NCBI RefSeq assembly: GCF_036321535.1
Contig: NC_087436.1
Coordinates: forward strand, 16,616,001-16,680,000
Source: Camelus dromedarius
Lineage: Eukaryota
Reading direction: 5' to 3'
Length of the DNA stretch: 64,000 nucleotides
Part shown: positions 12,054 to 24,692 of the stretch, one piece after another
How positions within the stretch are numbered: position 1 is the stretch's first letter
Layout of the letters: the number at the start of each line of letters is the position of its first letter
The notes under the pieces: model-generated
Told to the model about the DNA's origin: nothing
Databases searched by the model: none
The model's input: the letters and a program-made list of their open reading frames with translations, nothing else
Made by a program: the position numbers and the translations under genes

Positions 12054-13079
12054 AAGTTCATATGTCTTAATTTTAGTGTTTTCATGTCTGTCAAAGCCCC
12101 ACCTAGATTCTGTTAGAAGCCCTTTGGATAACTGTGGTGAATGCTTTTAAGAATTATAATTTTTCAGTACAGAAGCCCTTTACTAGTTTCACTTTCTTAA
12201 TTTTAGCTGACTTCTCTCTTTATTTCCAAATGTTTGCCCACTATACATTTATTAAAAGTGTCATTTTTATCATTATTGCCAAGTAGTTTATAACAATTGT
12301 CAAAAGGCTGTGGAGTGTTCAGATGATCACAACTTAAGAAATATAATGCTTCTCTGTTCTTCTTTTAGGTCACATGCCTGGAATTACATTTTCTGGAAAG
12401 AAAAGGCTCTCCATAGTCTCATAATTACATACATGCTCTAAAGAGAAACCAGGGTACAGTTACCTTGCAAAAGAGCACTCAATAACAATTTACCATTTCC
12501 TGCCAAATACCCGAGGTTGCGGTAATTTTCAAACATTGTATAAAATGACACACATTCCATAGATGAGGTGTGATTAAAACATAAGACAAGTCACACATGA
12601 AAATGGCTCTCATTACCATGTAATCACACCTCATACGTAATCTCAGGCAATCAGTCAAGGAATATAATTTTTAAAACCCTCACCCTGTTGCCCACCTACC
12701 TCTCATCCAGCTTCCCCTCTGGCCACCCCGAGGTGAGAGGAAGTAGATTGCCATCCAGAGACACCTGGTCTGGAACGTAGGGGGCAATCAAACACCCTCG
12801 GTAGGATGTCAGCGGGGATCTGCCACCACTCAAAACTCAGCGCTTATGTGGTCTTGAAATTATTTCTGGCTGCTTCATGTAAGGGCAGATCGAGGCAAAA
12901 TCGTGTAGTCAGTGAAGTCTGGTTTCTGCATTTCATCCCCCCATGGCTTCCAGAGCTGCTCTGCTGTTCCCCGCGGCTAAGAGTCCTCCCCAGTGGCTTG
13001 TGCTTCACAGGCAGCTCTGAATCAGTCTTTCTTATTCCTGCTAATCAGCACGTAGCCATCTGATGTCCTGTTCCATCAT

Positions 13080-13860
13080 TTGGTTCATCTCAGTTCACAA
13101 GAATTTGTAGTGAGCAGCTGTTATGTGCCAGCCATGGGGCTTGGTGCTACAGGTACAAACTTGAAAAGCCATGGCTTAGCTTCATGGAATTTGTCATTTA
13201 GCCGGACACGGCAAATTAACAAATTTAATTACCTGAAGTTAAGATGGTTTGTTTAGTTAATGGATGCATCCTAAGGGCTGAAATGGTGCAAAGTAGAGGC
13301 TTTGTAAGTATTTGTTAATGAGCTTCAAATATGGTAAGTGCTAAGCTACAGGTCTACACTGGGAATTGTGTGATGGTTCAAGGAACGTATCCCCGAAAGA
13401 TGACCCCTGAGCGAAGTCTGAAAAGGACAAGTAAGTTGTTCAGGATAAGGTAAGCTGAAAAGGCACTCTGGGAACAGAGAAGAGTATGAGCAAGGCATGG
13501 GGATTTTAAACAACATAGTGTGTGTGGGGACACTGTAACGATGAGGATTGACGAGACTTGTCAGGTACGAAGCAAGGAGTGGTAGGCAATGAGGAGGCTA
13601 GAGAGGTATGTAGGGGAGAGGTTATATAATAGTCCATGTGCTGCACTACAACAAAGTTTGTATTTTATTTGTAGTCCATATTCATTGCCATATTTATTTA
13701 TTTTTTGTTTTTTTAAAAATCTCTGATTGTAAGTTGAGGAATAGATCGGAGGGAGAGAAGGGTAGAGACAGAGCGCACATTTAGGAGGCCATTGGAATCA
13801 ATGAAGCTAAGATTGGTGGCACAGATGATGGCCCTGAGCTTCAAGGTGACAGCTAGCAAA
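13080..13860 (-). mobile_element. LINE-2 fragments
   Basis: gagcagctgttatgtgccag...ggtgctacaggtaca..., ctgagcgaagtctgaaaaggacaag..., ttaggaggccattggaatc. Confidence 0.65.
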
Positions 13861-14044
13861 TCCGATCGATTTAAGCTTATTCATGTGTTAACAAGCCTTT
13901 ATATGTCAAAGGTAAAAATTCCCTTGACCTTAGTTTCCAGGAAGCTCACAACTGAATGCTTACTTATGTTGTCCAGATGGGTTAGAATGTTAAGTGGTAA
14001 AATTGTTGCAGCTACCCCAGATAGTTTCAATATGTATCTTTAAA

Positions 14045-15365
14045 TTTTACGGTTTTTGTTGAGATAACTTAAAATAAAATGCACAGATATTGTGTAGTTG
14101 AATGAGTTTTGAAAATTGTCTACACCCACGTTAACACTACCCAAATTGAGATAGAGAACATGTTTCTTTCACCCCAGAATGTTATCTCTTGTCCTTTCCA
14201 GTCAATCCTTTCTGCTCCAAGCAACAATGCTCTGATTTCTATTACCATAGACATGGTAGTTACCATAGGTCTTGGACTTGTTATAACTGAAGTCATAGAT
14301 TATATATTCTTTTGTATCTGGCTTCATTCACTCACTATTGTATTTGTGAGAAGCATCTGTATTGTTGTTTTATCAGTAGTTTCTCCCTTTTTATTGCTGA
14401 ATAATATTTCATTCTCTATTGATGGACATTTAAATTATTTCAAGTTTTTGACTACTAAGAATAAAGCTTCTATGAACTCTCTAGTAAAAGTATTTGTGTG
14501 TGTGTGTGGACATAGTTATAAATTCCCTTGGGGAAATACCTAGAAGTGGGATTACTTGGTTATCAGGTAGGTTTATGTATAGATATAAGAAGTTGTCAGC
14601 TTTCCAAAATGTTTGCTCCACATTCCTTGTTAATAGTAATTCATTGCCAGTCTTTCTGATATTAGCCATGTAGTGGGTATGGAACTGTGGTTTTTATTTG
14701 TATTTCCCTGATGACTAATGATATTGAGTAACTTTCCATGTGCTTGTTGGTCATGAGTCTATCTTTCGAAGCCTCTATTTAAATATTTTGCTATTTTAAA
14801 TTGGTTGTATTTTCTTATTAATTTGTAGGACTCCTTCTTAATTCTGGATGTAAGTCCTTCGTCCCACAGTGTGTATTACGAATAGGACCTCCCAGATTGT
14901 GTCTGGCCTATTCATTTGCTTAATAGTGTCTTCTGAGGAGCAGCAATTTTTAATTTTGATGAAGTCCAAGGTATCATTTTGTCTTTTATGATTAGTGCTC
15001 TTGGTGTCCTAAGAAATCTTAGCAATGACATTATTCTCCTATATTTTTTTCTAGAAACATTATGGTTCTAAGTTCTATATTTATATCTATAATCTAACTT
15101 AGATTACTTTTTAAAATATAGTATGAACTAGAGATCTAGGTTCAATTTTTTCCCATATGTACACCTGATTGTTCCAGTTAGTTGTGGAGATGTTCCTTTC
15201 CCACTGAATTACAGTGATCCCTTTGTTGAGAATCAGTTGACTGTATGTATGTGGTGCTATTTTTGGATCCTCTACTATTCTGTTCTATTAAACAATTTTC
15301 TGTTCTATGACAATCCCACACTGCCTTAATAACTGTGGCTTTACAGAGATCATAATAGGTATCCA
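14045..15365 (-). mobile_element. Old LINE-1 (L1MD/ME-like) 3' region
   Basis: tatctggcttcattcactca, gatggacattt, tttccctgatgactaatgatattgag, tttttaattttgatgaagtcca. The track ORF 15178-15372 (KATVIKAVW) is an ORF2 remnant. Confidence 0.85.
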
Positions 15366-15369
15366 TATG

Positions 15370-17600
15370 CAATCACAGTGTACATTCAAACAGTGATGCA
15401 TCACTTCATAAAAAACTAGGTAACTTACAATAGTACAATTCTACTTGCCCCTTTTCCACACTTACGCTCTTGTTGCTACATTTTTCTTAATACTTTGAGA
15501 GTATTTTTGCTTTAGACAATCATCTTTTCAATAAGTTTAAAATTATATATAGGACCTTTAAAAATTCTCTTTTATATTTTCCCACATATTTACCCTTTTT
15601 CAGGGGCTCTTCTCTCCTTTCTGTAGCTCTAAGCTTTTTTTTGGCACTATATCCCTTCAGCTTAAAGAGCTTCTTTTAAAGCATTTCTTACTGCACATGT
15701 CAGCTGGAGTTGAATCATCTCAGCTTTGTCTGTTCAAAAATATCTTTGTCTTTAATGTGAAGGATATTTTTACTAGATATAGAATTCTAGATTGACATGT
15801 TATTTTATTGTCCTCTTGCTCTCACTATTCCTGAGGAGATGCCAGATTCATTTTTAACATTGTTCCTCTGAATGTATTACATCTCTTTTATCTGTTTGCT
15901 TATGTAATTCTTCATCTTCAGTGATCAGAATTTTGACTACGATGTGTCTAAGGTTTTTCTTCTTTGTATTTATTCTGCTTAGAGTTTGCTGATTATTTCT
16001 GATCTGTGATTTAATGTCTCTCATCAACTTTGGAAATTTATCAAATATTTTCTTTTCAAATATTTCTTTTATCCCATTTTCTCATGCCCTTTCCTTCTGA
16101 AACTCAGATTTTGTGTATGTTAGACCATTTAATGTTGTCCTACAAGTTTTAGATGCTCTGTTCTTTTCTGCTCGTTTTTTCCTCTTTTTGCTCCAGTTTG
16201 ACTAACTTCCATTGGTTTATCTTCACTTTTTCTTTCTTACGGATTGTCCAGTCTACTATTAACTCCATTGAATGAATCCTTCATTTCTGATATTGTAACT
16301 TTTCATTTCTAGACTTATCATTTTGTTCTCTTTTGTAGTTTCAATTTCTTTACTGAAATTCCATGTTTATCATATTTTTAACCTTTTCCATATATCCCTT
16401 ACCATATTTATCATAGTTATTTTAAGGTCTTTTGTTTTAATTCCAAAGCCATGTCATCTCCAGGTAAGCTGTAGTGTTTGGTTTTTATCTTGAATTTAGG
16501 TCACATTTCACTCCTTACATAGCTTGTAATTTTTTTGCTCATGGCCAAATTATGTGTAGAAAAATAGTAGGGGTGGAAATATCTCTGGCCAAGGGTATGT
16601 TCTTTCCTCTGTTGAGCTGCTGGGTCAAAGAGGGGACTGTAGAACTAGAAAGTCAATCGAATCTGTGATTGACACATTTCTGGGCTTTTAAGGAGCTTTC
16701 ATTAGATTCAATTTACTCTTGGTTTCAAATGTTTAGAGCAAAGAATCAGTATTTTCCTGTTGGGATGCCTTGGAATATGTGAATCAGTGACAATCTTGTG
16801 ATCTTCCTCTGCTGTATTGTCCAGCCAGCCGCATTTTGGCTCTATGAAGGCATTCTCTTCGTCCTCTAGTCCTGTCCTTGGCTTTCCATGCCTCAGGGGA
16901 TTCTCTTTACCCTGCTGTCCTGCCCTCATTCTTTGCAGACCTGCTGGCTTACACTCAGTGAGGGACTTACACACGATGAGGAGTTACACTCAGCTCTTCT
17001 GTCCTGCCCAGCATTTGGTAGGCCACTGCCCCCACTGCCGTGTACTCAGTGAAGGCGCAGTGCCACTCAGGGGCTCTCTGAGCTTTCTGAACTTGCCGTC
17101 TCTGTTCCGCTTGTTGTTCCCTTCCTCTTGGATAACACTGAGTGCATCTCAGAAGTTGTTCCCACAGCTCTCCCATTCTGCACCTAGCCTTCTGTGTTGT
17201 GCCCTTAGTGAAGGCCTCGTAGGAAAGAGCTGGCCAGTGAGTGTAAGGGGACTCTCACCGAGGCTTCCCAGGCTTCTTGTCTATGATGCCAGCCCACATG
17301 CAACCATCCCACGTTTGTTCAAAGTCAGGCTGGTTTTCCCCACACCCTTGTCAGTGGCAGTTTTTCTCCTCCTGTCATTGTTCTGCAAGGGAGAAGAGCA
17401 GGCATATGTCAACTCTCTTAAAAAGAGTTGTTCCTTTTTGGAACTTAATTTATTTGAGTTTCTTTTAGTTCCTTTAGATTCATTCCTCAGCTTTTTGATA
17501 GTTTCAACTATAACTTGAAACTTTGACATAGTATCAAATCATATACTGTCCTTTGATAGTTTTTACTATAATTTCTTTTTTTTTTTTTAAAGCTTGTTCT
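15370..17600 (-). mobile_element. Old LINE-1/HAL1 ORF1 and 5' region remnant
   Basis: gaaggatatttttactagatatagaattctagattgac, tcatcaactttggaaatt, tatgttagaccattt. The right boundary is uncertain. Confidence 0.65.
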
Positions 17601-18137
17601 TGTTGTTTGGTGAGGGGTTAGTGATTTGAGACTTCTAGATTCTAACCAGAAGTAAAAGTCCCTTAATTCTTAATTTCAGCATTCTTATTACTGAAAACAT
17701 ATCTTTTATCATAAAGCATTGGAACTCAATTGGTAGGAATGTTAAATGTGCAGTTAGATTGGCAGAGTAAGAGCCATCCTTCAGGAGCAGGGAATTGGAA
17801 AGGAAGTCCTGTAACCAGGAGTTCACAGGCACGCGAGCAGTGAAGCAGGGATGCAGGAAAGGGAGGAGAAGCCAAGTTTAGAAGATGGTTCTGCTGGCTC
17901 ACACTGAGGATACCCATGGTTCTTGCACTTGTGTAAGGGAAGACGTCTTTCCATACTACAGATAACTGAGTTGGCACTGTAAACGGGATTTTTCGGACAG
18001 GTGGTACAGCTAGATCACGCTGCCCGAGCTCTTGGACTGTCCTCTTTGAGTCACTAGCTGATTACCTTTTTCACCACGAGGGCCTTAAAGAGCTGCTCCT
18101 TCACTTAATAATCTGGTACAACTGTGGAGAAATGGAT

Positions 18138-18776
18138 TGTGGTGGATTTATATTTTGTCGGGCTAGCTAAACCAGAATTGCATTTCCCAGAAATCCCTTC
18201 CTTGCGTATTTTTGAGTTAAGAGGCTATAAAAGACAATTTTCATGAGATCTGGAAAATGAAGAACCAGCCATATACTTTTTATGCCTGGAAGGTCAGTCT
18301 AGAGGCACCAGGTGCTCCTGCTGCTCGTGCCCGTGACTGTTCATCTGCTGGCTTGTTTTGTTGGCTGGGTGTGCAGCTGAGTCTGCAGCCCCTTCAAGTT
18401 CCCTCTGGATCCTCCCACAGTTTCCCTGACTCCTGGACCGTGGGCCTTTTTAGCTCTGTGATGAAGGACACCAGCTTCTCCTGCAGGACACTGCATCATC
18501 CAAATGACAAGTTTGGAGGCAGGGAGAGAAATACGGGTTCTGGTTAGTCTCTGCGGACTCTGGTTTGTCTTTGTTCTCCCTGATTTTATATCTCTCTTCC
18601 CTGCCTAACTTCCTGCCTTGCTAACTTTAGGATCCAGCACCAGATGCAAAGCCAACAGCTTCACATAGACTGTTTAACCAGACCCCAAATTGCTCATTGT
18701 CGAATCCCTATAACAAATCCTATATGGTTATGTAACTTCTAGTTGCTTTGTTCCTCTGATAAAACCCTAACTGAGA
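18138..18776 (+). mobile_element. MLT2 (ERVL) solo LTR
   Basis: tgtggtggatttatattttgtc...catttcccagaaatccctt at the start, and aatccctataacaaatcc...ttcctctgataaaaccctaactga at the end. Confidence 0.75.
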
Positions 18777-19774
18777 AACGAGGCTTCTCTTCACACTTTA
18801 TAGCCTTCTCTTCATATCCTATAGCTGAGAAGAGGCTAAATAGTTAAGCAAAGATTTACCCCAGTGATGATAAAAGGAAACTAAAATTAGAGCACTATGA
18901 GCCTGAATAATGTAACAAATTATAGATCTTTTTTCTTTAGCTCCAATTTTCCCTGCACAACCTCCTTCATAAATTCCATTTCAAAGGCTTTCTTTATTCC
19001 CTTCTACTGGGAGGACTGTTATTAGCTACATTTATTCATCAAAGTATAGGTCAAGAAAAGGAAGACAGGACAGCAAGCTTGAATTCTCCTTCCTACCTCC
19101 TAAGGTCTGCTCCCATGTCCCTAAGTCCTCTTCAGGGTATCCCTTCTACCCTGCATGACCTCAGGAGTTTTGGCACCCTTCAAGAGAGAACTGGTCTGCC
19201 ACCCCAGTGCAATTTAGGCTTAGAGAATACAGCAGGAAAACCAAAGCTGTGCAAACTGACCACAGTCACATGTCAAAATTGACTCCTTTAGTAGCACATT
19301 TCCTGTACCACAAACATGCTGGAAGTATTACGTGCAACTCATTACTAGGCAAATTATGTGAACCTGCCTGCCCTTCTTCCTTCCTCAGGGCAGATGACAT
19401 CCTCACTCTTTTGTGATCTCTTTCTGTCCTTGATGTTTGTTTTAACCTAGTTTTACGAGTATATGATTGTTAGATATTGGGAAGAACACACTATGATGTC
19501 CCAGGTTCTGCACCTGTCTGCTGACGGATGCTTTGGAAGGGGAGATACCTGGGGCTGAGACAACCTGTGGTTCAGCCATGGACATGCTATGGAGACAATG
19601 GCTGGCTCCTCCCACAGCTTTGGTAAGCCCTAGCCTGCTGTCCTGAATTCTGCTCCCTCGCTAGCTTGGTTTCATTTAGTGCTTGCACACAGTAGAAACT
19701 TAACTAATAACACCCAGAATTCAGGCAGACGTAGTGACGGAGCTGGATCAGATCATAGAGAAAATATAGAGCAA

Positions 19775-20105
19775 CTCAGCCATTTTACAGACGAGAAAAT
19801 GACTCAAGGAAATTAAGTGGTGCCAAGCCACTCAGTGTGGGACAGAAGCAGTGAAGAGGGTTGACAATGGGTATTCGTTAGCCAACCTATGGTGTCTGCC
19901 TCAGAGAGTATATTTGTCTGTACACACCACTGCTTACATCCTCCGGGCCCAGCACAGTGCCTGGCACGTTGCAGCTGCTCAGAAACATTTACCAAATGAA
20001 TGAATGAATGAATATGTGAAAGGTGCTGAGCGGTAACTTACCTAAAGCCACAGGTCTAGTAAATAACTGGGCCAGGATATACACTGAGGTCTAATGTCTT
20101 AACCA
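19775..20105. mobile_element. MIR fragments surrounding an L2 3' end (about 19905-20012)
   Basis: ccattttacagacgagaaaatgactca (MIR); cccagcacagtgcctggcacg...aatgaatgaatgaa (L2); aacttacctaaagccacag (MIR). Confidence 0.65.
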
Positions 20106-21824
20106 CTACCCTTGGCAGGGAAATGATTGTTTTGTTTGACTTTGCAGACCTGCTGGAGTTCCCTGTGGAGGCAGAATAACATAGGGGCTGCCAGCGGGAA
20201 GCTATGGAGGGAAACACGGAGAGCTGAACTTTACTGTGGTGGGTCTACTGTTTTTCCCTTGTGGTGGCATGGCTTCCAAGTGTTTGTGGCCATTAATAGT
20301 AGGATCTGGCCTCAAACCCTATTACTCTAGGTTTGTGATTCTAAGTGGTTTTGACAGAAGGACCCCTTGTCTTAAAAACATTTTGGTCTCCTTATACACT
20401 CTAAATGGACATCTGTATTATTAAAGCAAATATTTTCTCAGTGTCATAGATTTTGAATAAATGTTATGGATTCAAATTTATTTCCTTTGAACTTGGAAGC
20501 ATCAATTGCTGATTTGTGTGTGTTACACACTTTCAAAACAAACTTTAAAGTCCTCAATCACTTCCAAATAACAATTACAGTGTTTTCAGAATCACTGAGC
20601 ACAAAGGAAATTATTACCTTGGGAACCCTCCTGGTTTAAAGGTTTTTTTCCTCCTTACATATGTCCTTAATCAGGGCCAAGAACTTTTGCATTTCTTCTT
20701 TAACTGGCTCTGATTTTCATGCTTTCTCTCTCCTTCTTTTTCCCCCAGTGGAAAGTCTACATTATTTTACCATGATTGAAAAAAAAAATACACACAAGAA
20801 GAGGAAACAGCAACTTCTGAAAAATTGTTCTGTGACTTTGGATGAATTTAAATAAAAGAAAATTATTTTAAAAGCTTGGTTAACATTTGTGCTAGCTTTA
20901 GTAGTGGGAAAAAAAAAAAAAAAGAAGAAGACTTTCTCCTACTTCTTTAAGAACTAAATTGGCCTAAGCTCTAGGCATAGGCTTAGTGGACAGCTGCCTG
21001 TTGGGTGATTTTGGAAACCTCAGAAGGGAAAAAGAAGCCAGAATCTAATGATGGTCTTTTAGAAAAAGCATAAATACCAAGATGGAGCTTGTTAAAAATA
21101 ATAGTAACAAAAGTCAGAATAGCTAATAAATACTATTGAGCTCTTCCTTATGTGCTAGGCTTTGTGCTCAGAAGATACTGTAAGTATGTCCCCTCTTCTG
21201 GTGATGAAGTTGAAATCTAATACTGAACGGAAGGTTACCTAACCACTCTCTGTCTAAGCAGTCAGTTTAGTCTTGGATGCAGACAGGCGGGCAGATAAAT
21301 CCATAAACCTAGTCGTAACAGGGAGCAGGTCCTGGAACTGAACAAAGGATGAGCGGAGGGACCGGGAGTGAAGAGAGACAAGAGTCTTGATACACTTGAG
21401 TCTTCGTGGTGTCAGCCAATCTCAGGATACAATGATGCTGAAATTAATGCACCAGAACTAACAGAGTAGCATCTGGCATGAGCCTTGACAGTAGTTCCTT
21501 GTGAATGTTATTTCCCACTTCAGAATCTCATTTGGATTTAAGTTTGTGCCTACAGAAAGGGCAGAACAAATCATTCTAATTGTGATGAAAATAAATGTTA
21601 AGTTCATTTACTTCTAAAATCAGGTCATCCTGAACACTGAGTTTAAGCAAAAGAAATGACAAAACCAAGATTAAAAAAAACAAAACAAAACACTTTTAAA
21701 ATGTAGGCTGTTCCCCCCCTCCCCTACACTATACACATAGATATTTTGACAGTATGGTATTACCTCAGGAAATCAGAGAGTATCTAACTAGCAAGAAGTT
21801 TCAGGAAATGGAATATTATTACCA

Positions 21825-22030
21825 CTAATAATGCTAAAGGACAACTTTCATAAGCACTTAAAGCATATTGAGCATCGTGCTGGGAGCTTTGCATAGGTTA
21901 CCTCAGCTATTCTTCATAACAAGATCTTATGAATATGGAATTAAGACTTGCAGAAGCTAAGAAAATAGTCCCAAAGAATAATAAAACAAGTAACCAGTGG
22001 GGCTGGAATTAAATTCAGGCAGCCCAAGGT
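21825..22030 (-). mobile_element. MIR SINE
   Basis: catcgtgctgggagcttt...ttcttcataacaa...taaccagtggggctggaattaaattcaggcag. Confidence 0.65.
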
Positions 22031-22643
22031 AGAAATATAATCAAATTCCTTTAATTCAACAAGTATTGAATTAATGTCTGTTGCCCTTAAAGCAGTGAGT
22101 TGGGCTTCTCTCCTTTCCACTTTTAGTTCAGTCACTACCCCGGGATAGTTAATGATACGATTTTATCTTACATTATTTTGGGCATGCAGACTCATTTTCT
22201 GTTAAGCCGAAAGGCAGAGGTTCAAGTCTCTCCCACTGATCCTTTGAAGGTCCAAGCCACCATGGCCTCCGTGAACTCCTGCACTTTATGAAAAAGTGAA
22301 ATGCCAGAGACCATCAAGTGCTTTCTCACTTGAACCCCTGGGATGTTTGAAGTGAGCAAAGATGACTTCAGCAGGTACATCACCAGGTCCAAAACACTGC
22401 ATGTTTTAATTAATAAAACTCTAAATGTAGCACCAAGTAAGTGTTTTGGTTTTTGTGTATATGTTTATAGAATGGGAGTATTCTACTTGGTTCTAGAGGT
22501 TTTCCCTGTTTGAATTTTGCATTTAGCTCAGCTGTATACAAACATAAAAAATTTTAAAGTCAAGCTAAGTCTTTCTTAATTGACTTGAATTGGAATCATA
22601 ATAACCTTTTTCCTTTTCAGAGAAATTTAGATACATTCTTTTT

Positions 22644-23218
22644 TTGATTTACTTTATTTTATTTTATTTTTTAATTGAAGTATAGTCAGTTTACAATGTT
22701 GTGTCAACTTCTGGGGTACAGCATAATAGTTCAGTCATATATATATACATACATTTGTTTTCATATTCTTTTTCATTATAGGGTTACTACAAGAAATTGA
22801 ATATAGTTCCCTGTGCTATACAGTATAAATTTATTGTTTATTTATTTTACATATAGTAGTTAGTATCTACAAATCTTTAACTTTCAATTTATCCATTCCC
22901 ACCCTTTTCCCCCCTGGTAACCATGTTTGTTTTCTATGTCTCTGAGTCTGTTTCTATTTACAATAATGAAGACATGGAAACAATCTAAATGTCCATTAAC
23001 AGATGACTGGATAAAGAAGTTGTGGTATCTTTATACAATGGAATAATACTCTGCCATAAAAAAGAATAAAATAACGCCATTTGCAGCAACATGGGTGGAC
23101 CTGGAAATTGTCATTCTAAGTGAAGTAAGCCAGAAAGAGAAAGACAAATATCATATGATATCACTTATGTATGGAATCTAAAAAAAAAAAAGACAAATGA
23201 ATTTATTTACAAAATAGG
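22644..23218 (-). mobile_element. LINE-1 3' fragment with 5' inversion (twin priming)
   Basis: Minus-strand 3' end from 22644 to about 22959, then the upstream segment on the plus strand from about 22960 to 23218. TSD TACATTCTTTTT at 22632-22643 and 23219-23230. Confidence 0.93.
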
Positions 23219-23449
23219 TACATTCTTTTTAATAGAACGTTTCTCATATTCACTTTATCTCTGTCCCCCACAGTGGCTTGTAGGGTTAACTCTCAATAAA
23301 TATTTGTTAAATTGGGCACAGTTCTTTACACTGCTGAGCAAGCTCCATGTGGCTTTACAAATAGTGAACTTGGACAGGAGGGTTGGGAGTTGGAGCTGGT
23401 GGACGAACAGGGCTGAAGGGAGAAATATGACAAGGGATTTCATGTTCTA

Positions 23450-23655
23450 GAATCAGCTGTTTGGGTACAAGCATTCCCACTTGGAAAACCGTGATGTGTT
23501 TCTTTATCTCTAGGGAGCCATTCCCTTGTCTCTAAAATAAGAACCCACTCATTTCATAGGTAATTGTTAGGATTAAACTCTTGCATGTGAGTGGTTATCA
23601 AAATGGTGAGCAGAGAGTAAGCACTCAACAGCATTTAATCAATGTTACTATTATG
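23450..23655 (+). mobile_element. MIR SINE
   Basis: ttcccttgtctctaaaataag...tttcataggtaattgttaggattaaa...agagtaagcactcaa. Confidence 0.65.
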
Positions 23656-24489
23656 ATTATCAGCTTAAGTGCTCTCTGCAGCCCAGTAACTGCTTTGTGG
23701 GTGTCTGTGCAGCACCCCTTGGAGTACGTCCAGAATTACTGGGGGGAGGTGGGACTGGCTCCTGCTTTTACTAGGTTGGTTTTAAGCCAATAGACAGAAT
23801 TTTAGACAAGGTATGGATTTTGCCCTTGCTGAGTATATAGTTTAACGCAGGAGGCAAATAAAAGTGCCCTTGCGATAACTCAAGGTTTTGCTGATCTTTG
23901 GGAAGTCACAAGGGAAATGGGGAGGTTTTCAACTATACCTATAATGGTGAAAAGAAAATGAGCTTGGAAGCAAATAGAACAAAATGTTAAGATTTGTGAA
24001 ACCTGGGTAGTTGATATAGGGCTGTGCTGTATATTACACCCCAGATCTTTTACATGCTGGAAATAATTAATGAAATTAAAAGTTCCTTTCTTTTGTTTCC
24101 CTACTGCCACTCTCCACAGACTCACAGAACCAACGCTGTATTAGCAAACGAGTTTTGAACAGAGAAATCTCTCTGTTGGGGAGATGGAAGGTCACCCAGT
24201 CTCTTCAGGCAAGCAGGGCTTGGTTGAGTCATCAAAGGCAGATTCTAGAAGGAATGATGAGCAGGGTAGGAGGAAGAATGAAATCAAAGCCGTCTACCTC
24301 CTCCTCCTTTCCCTTTCCCAGAATTACTTAACACTTCCAGGGGAGGAGAGAAGTGGTCATAAATACTCTCTCCATTTTTAGGGACACCAAAGAGCTACCT
24401 TTAGGGGCCTCACTGTTCCTGTTTGGAAGGTACTTTTTTTTATTTTCCTAAAGCCAGAAAGGGTCAGGCTCCAGAAGAAAGCAAGGGGG

Positions 24490-24692
24490 ATGGAGCTGGA
24501 TGCGCCCTGGGCTGTGGCGGGTGGAGGCAGCGGTGACTGGCTACCGCTGAGCCCTGCTGGGCAGGAGCCCTGCGGCACCGGCACCGGTACCGGCACCGAA
24601 GGTGGGAGGTTGAGGAGCGGGCGTTCCAGCTGCAGCTGCAGGAAAGACAACAACTTGTCTGTGGCGGGGCTGGGGTTTATGTGTAGGCGAGT
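24490..24692. promoter_or_regulatory. Small CpG-rich, GC-rich island-like segment
   Basis: About 13 CpGs in about 190 bp against a CpG-depleted background, a (CGGCAC)4-like repeat at 24573-24596 and a tandem E-box CAGCTGCAGCTG at 24627-24638. Confidence 0.45.

Noticed and set aside
16817..17518. Longest ORF in the track (233 aa)
   Set aside because: It has a non-ATG start and a Leu/Ser/Pro-rich composition, lies antisense within old L1-like sequence, and shows no recognisable domain.
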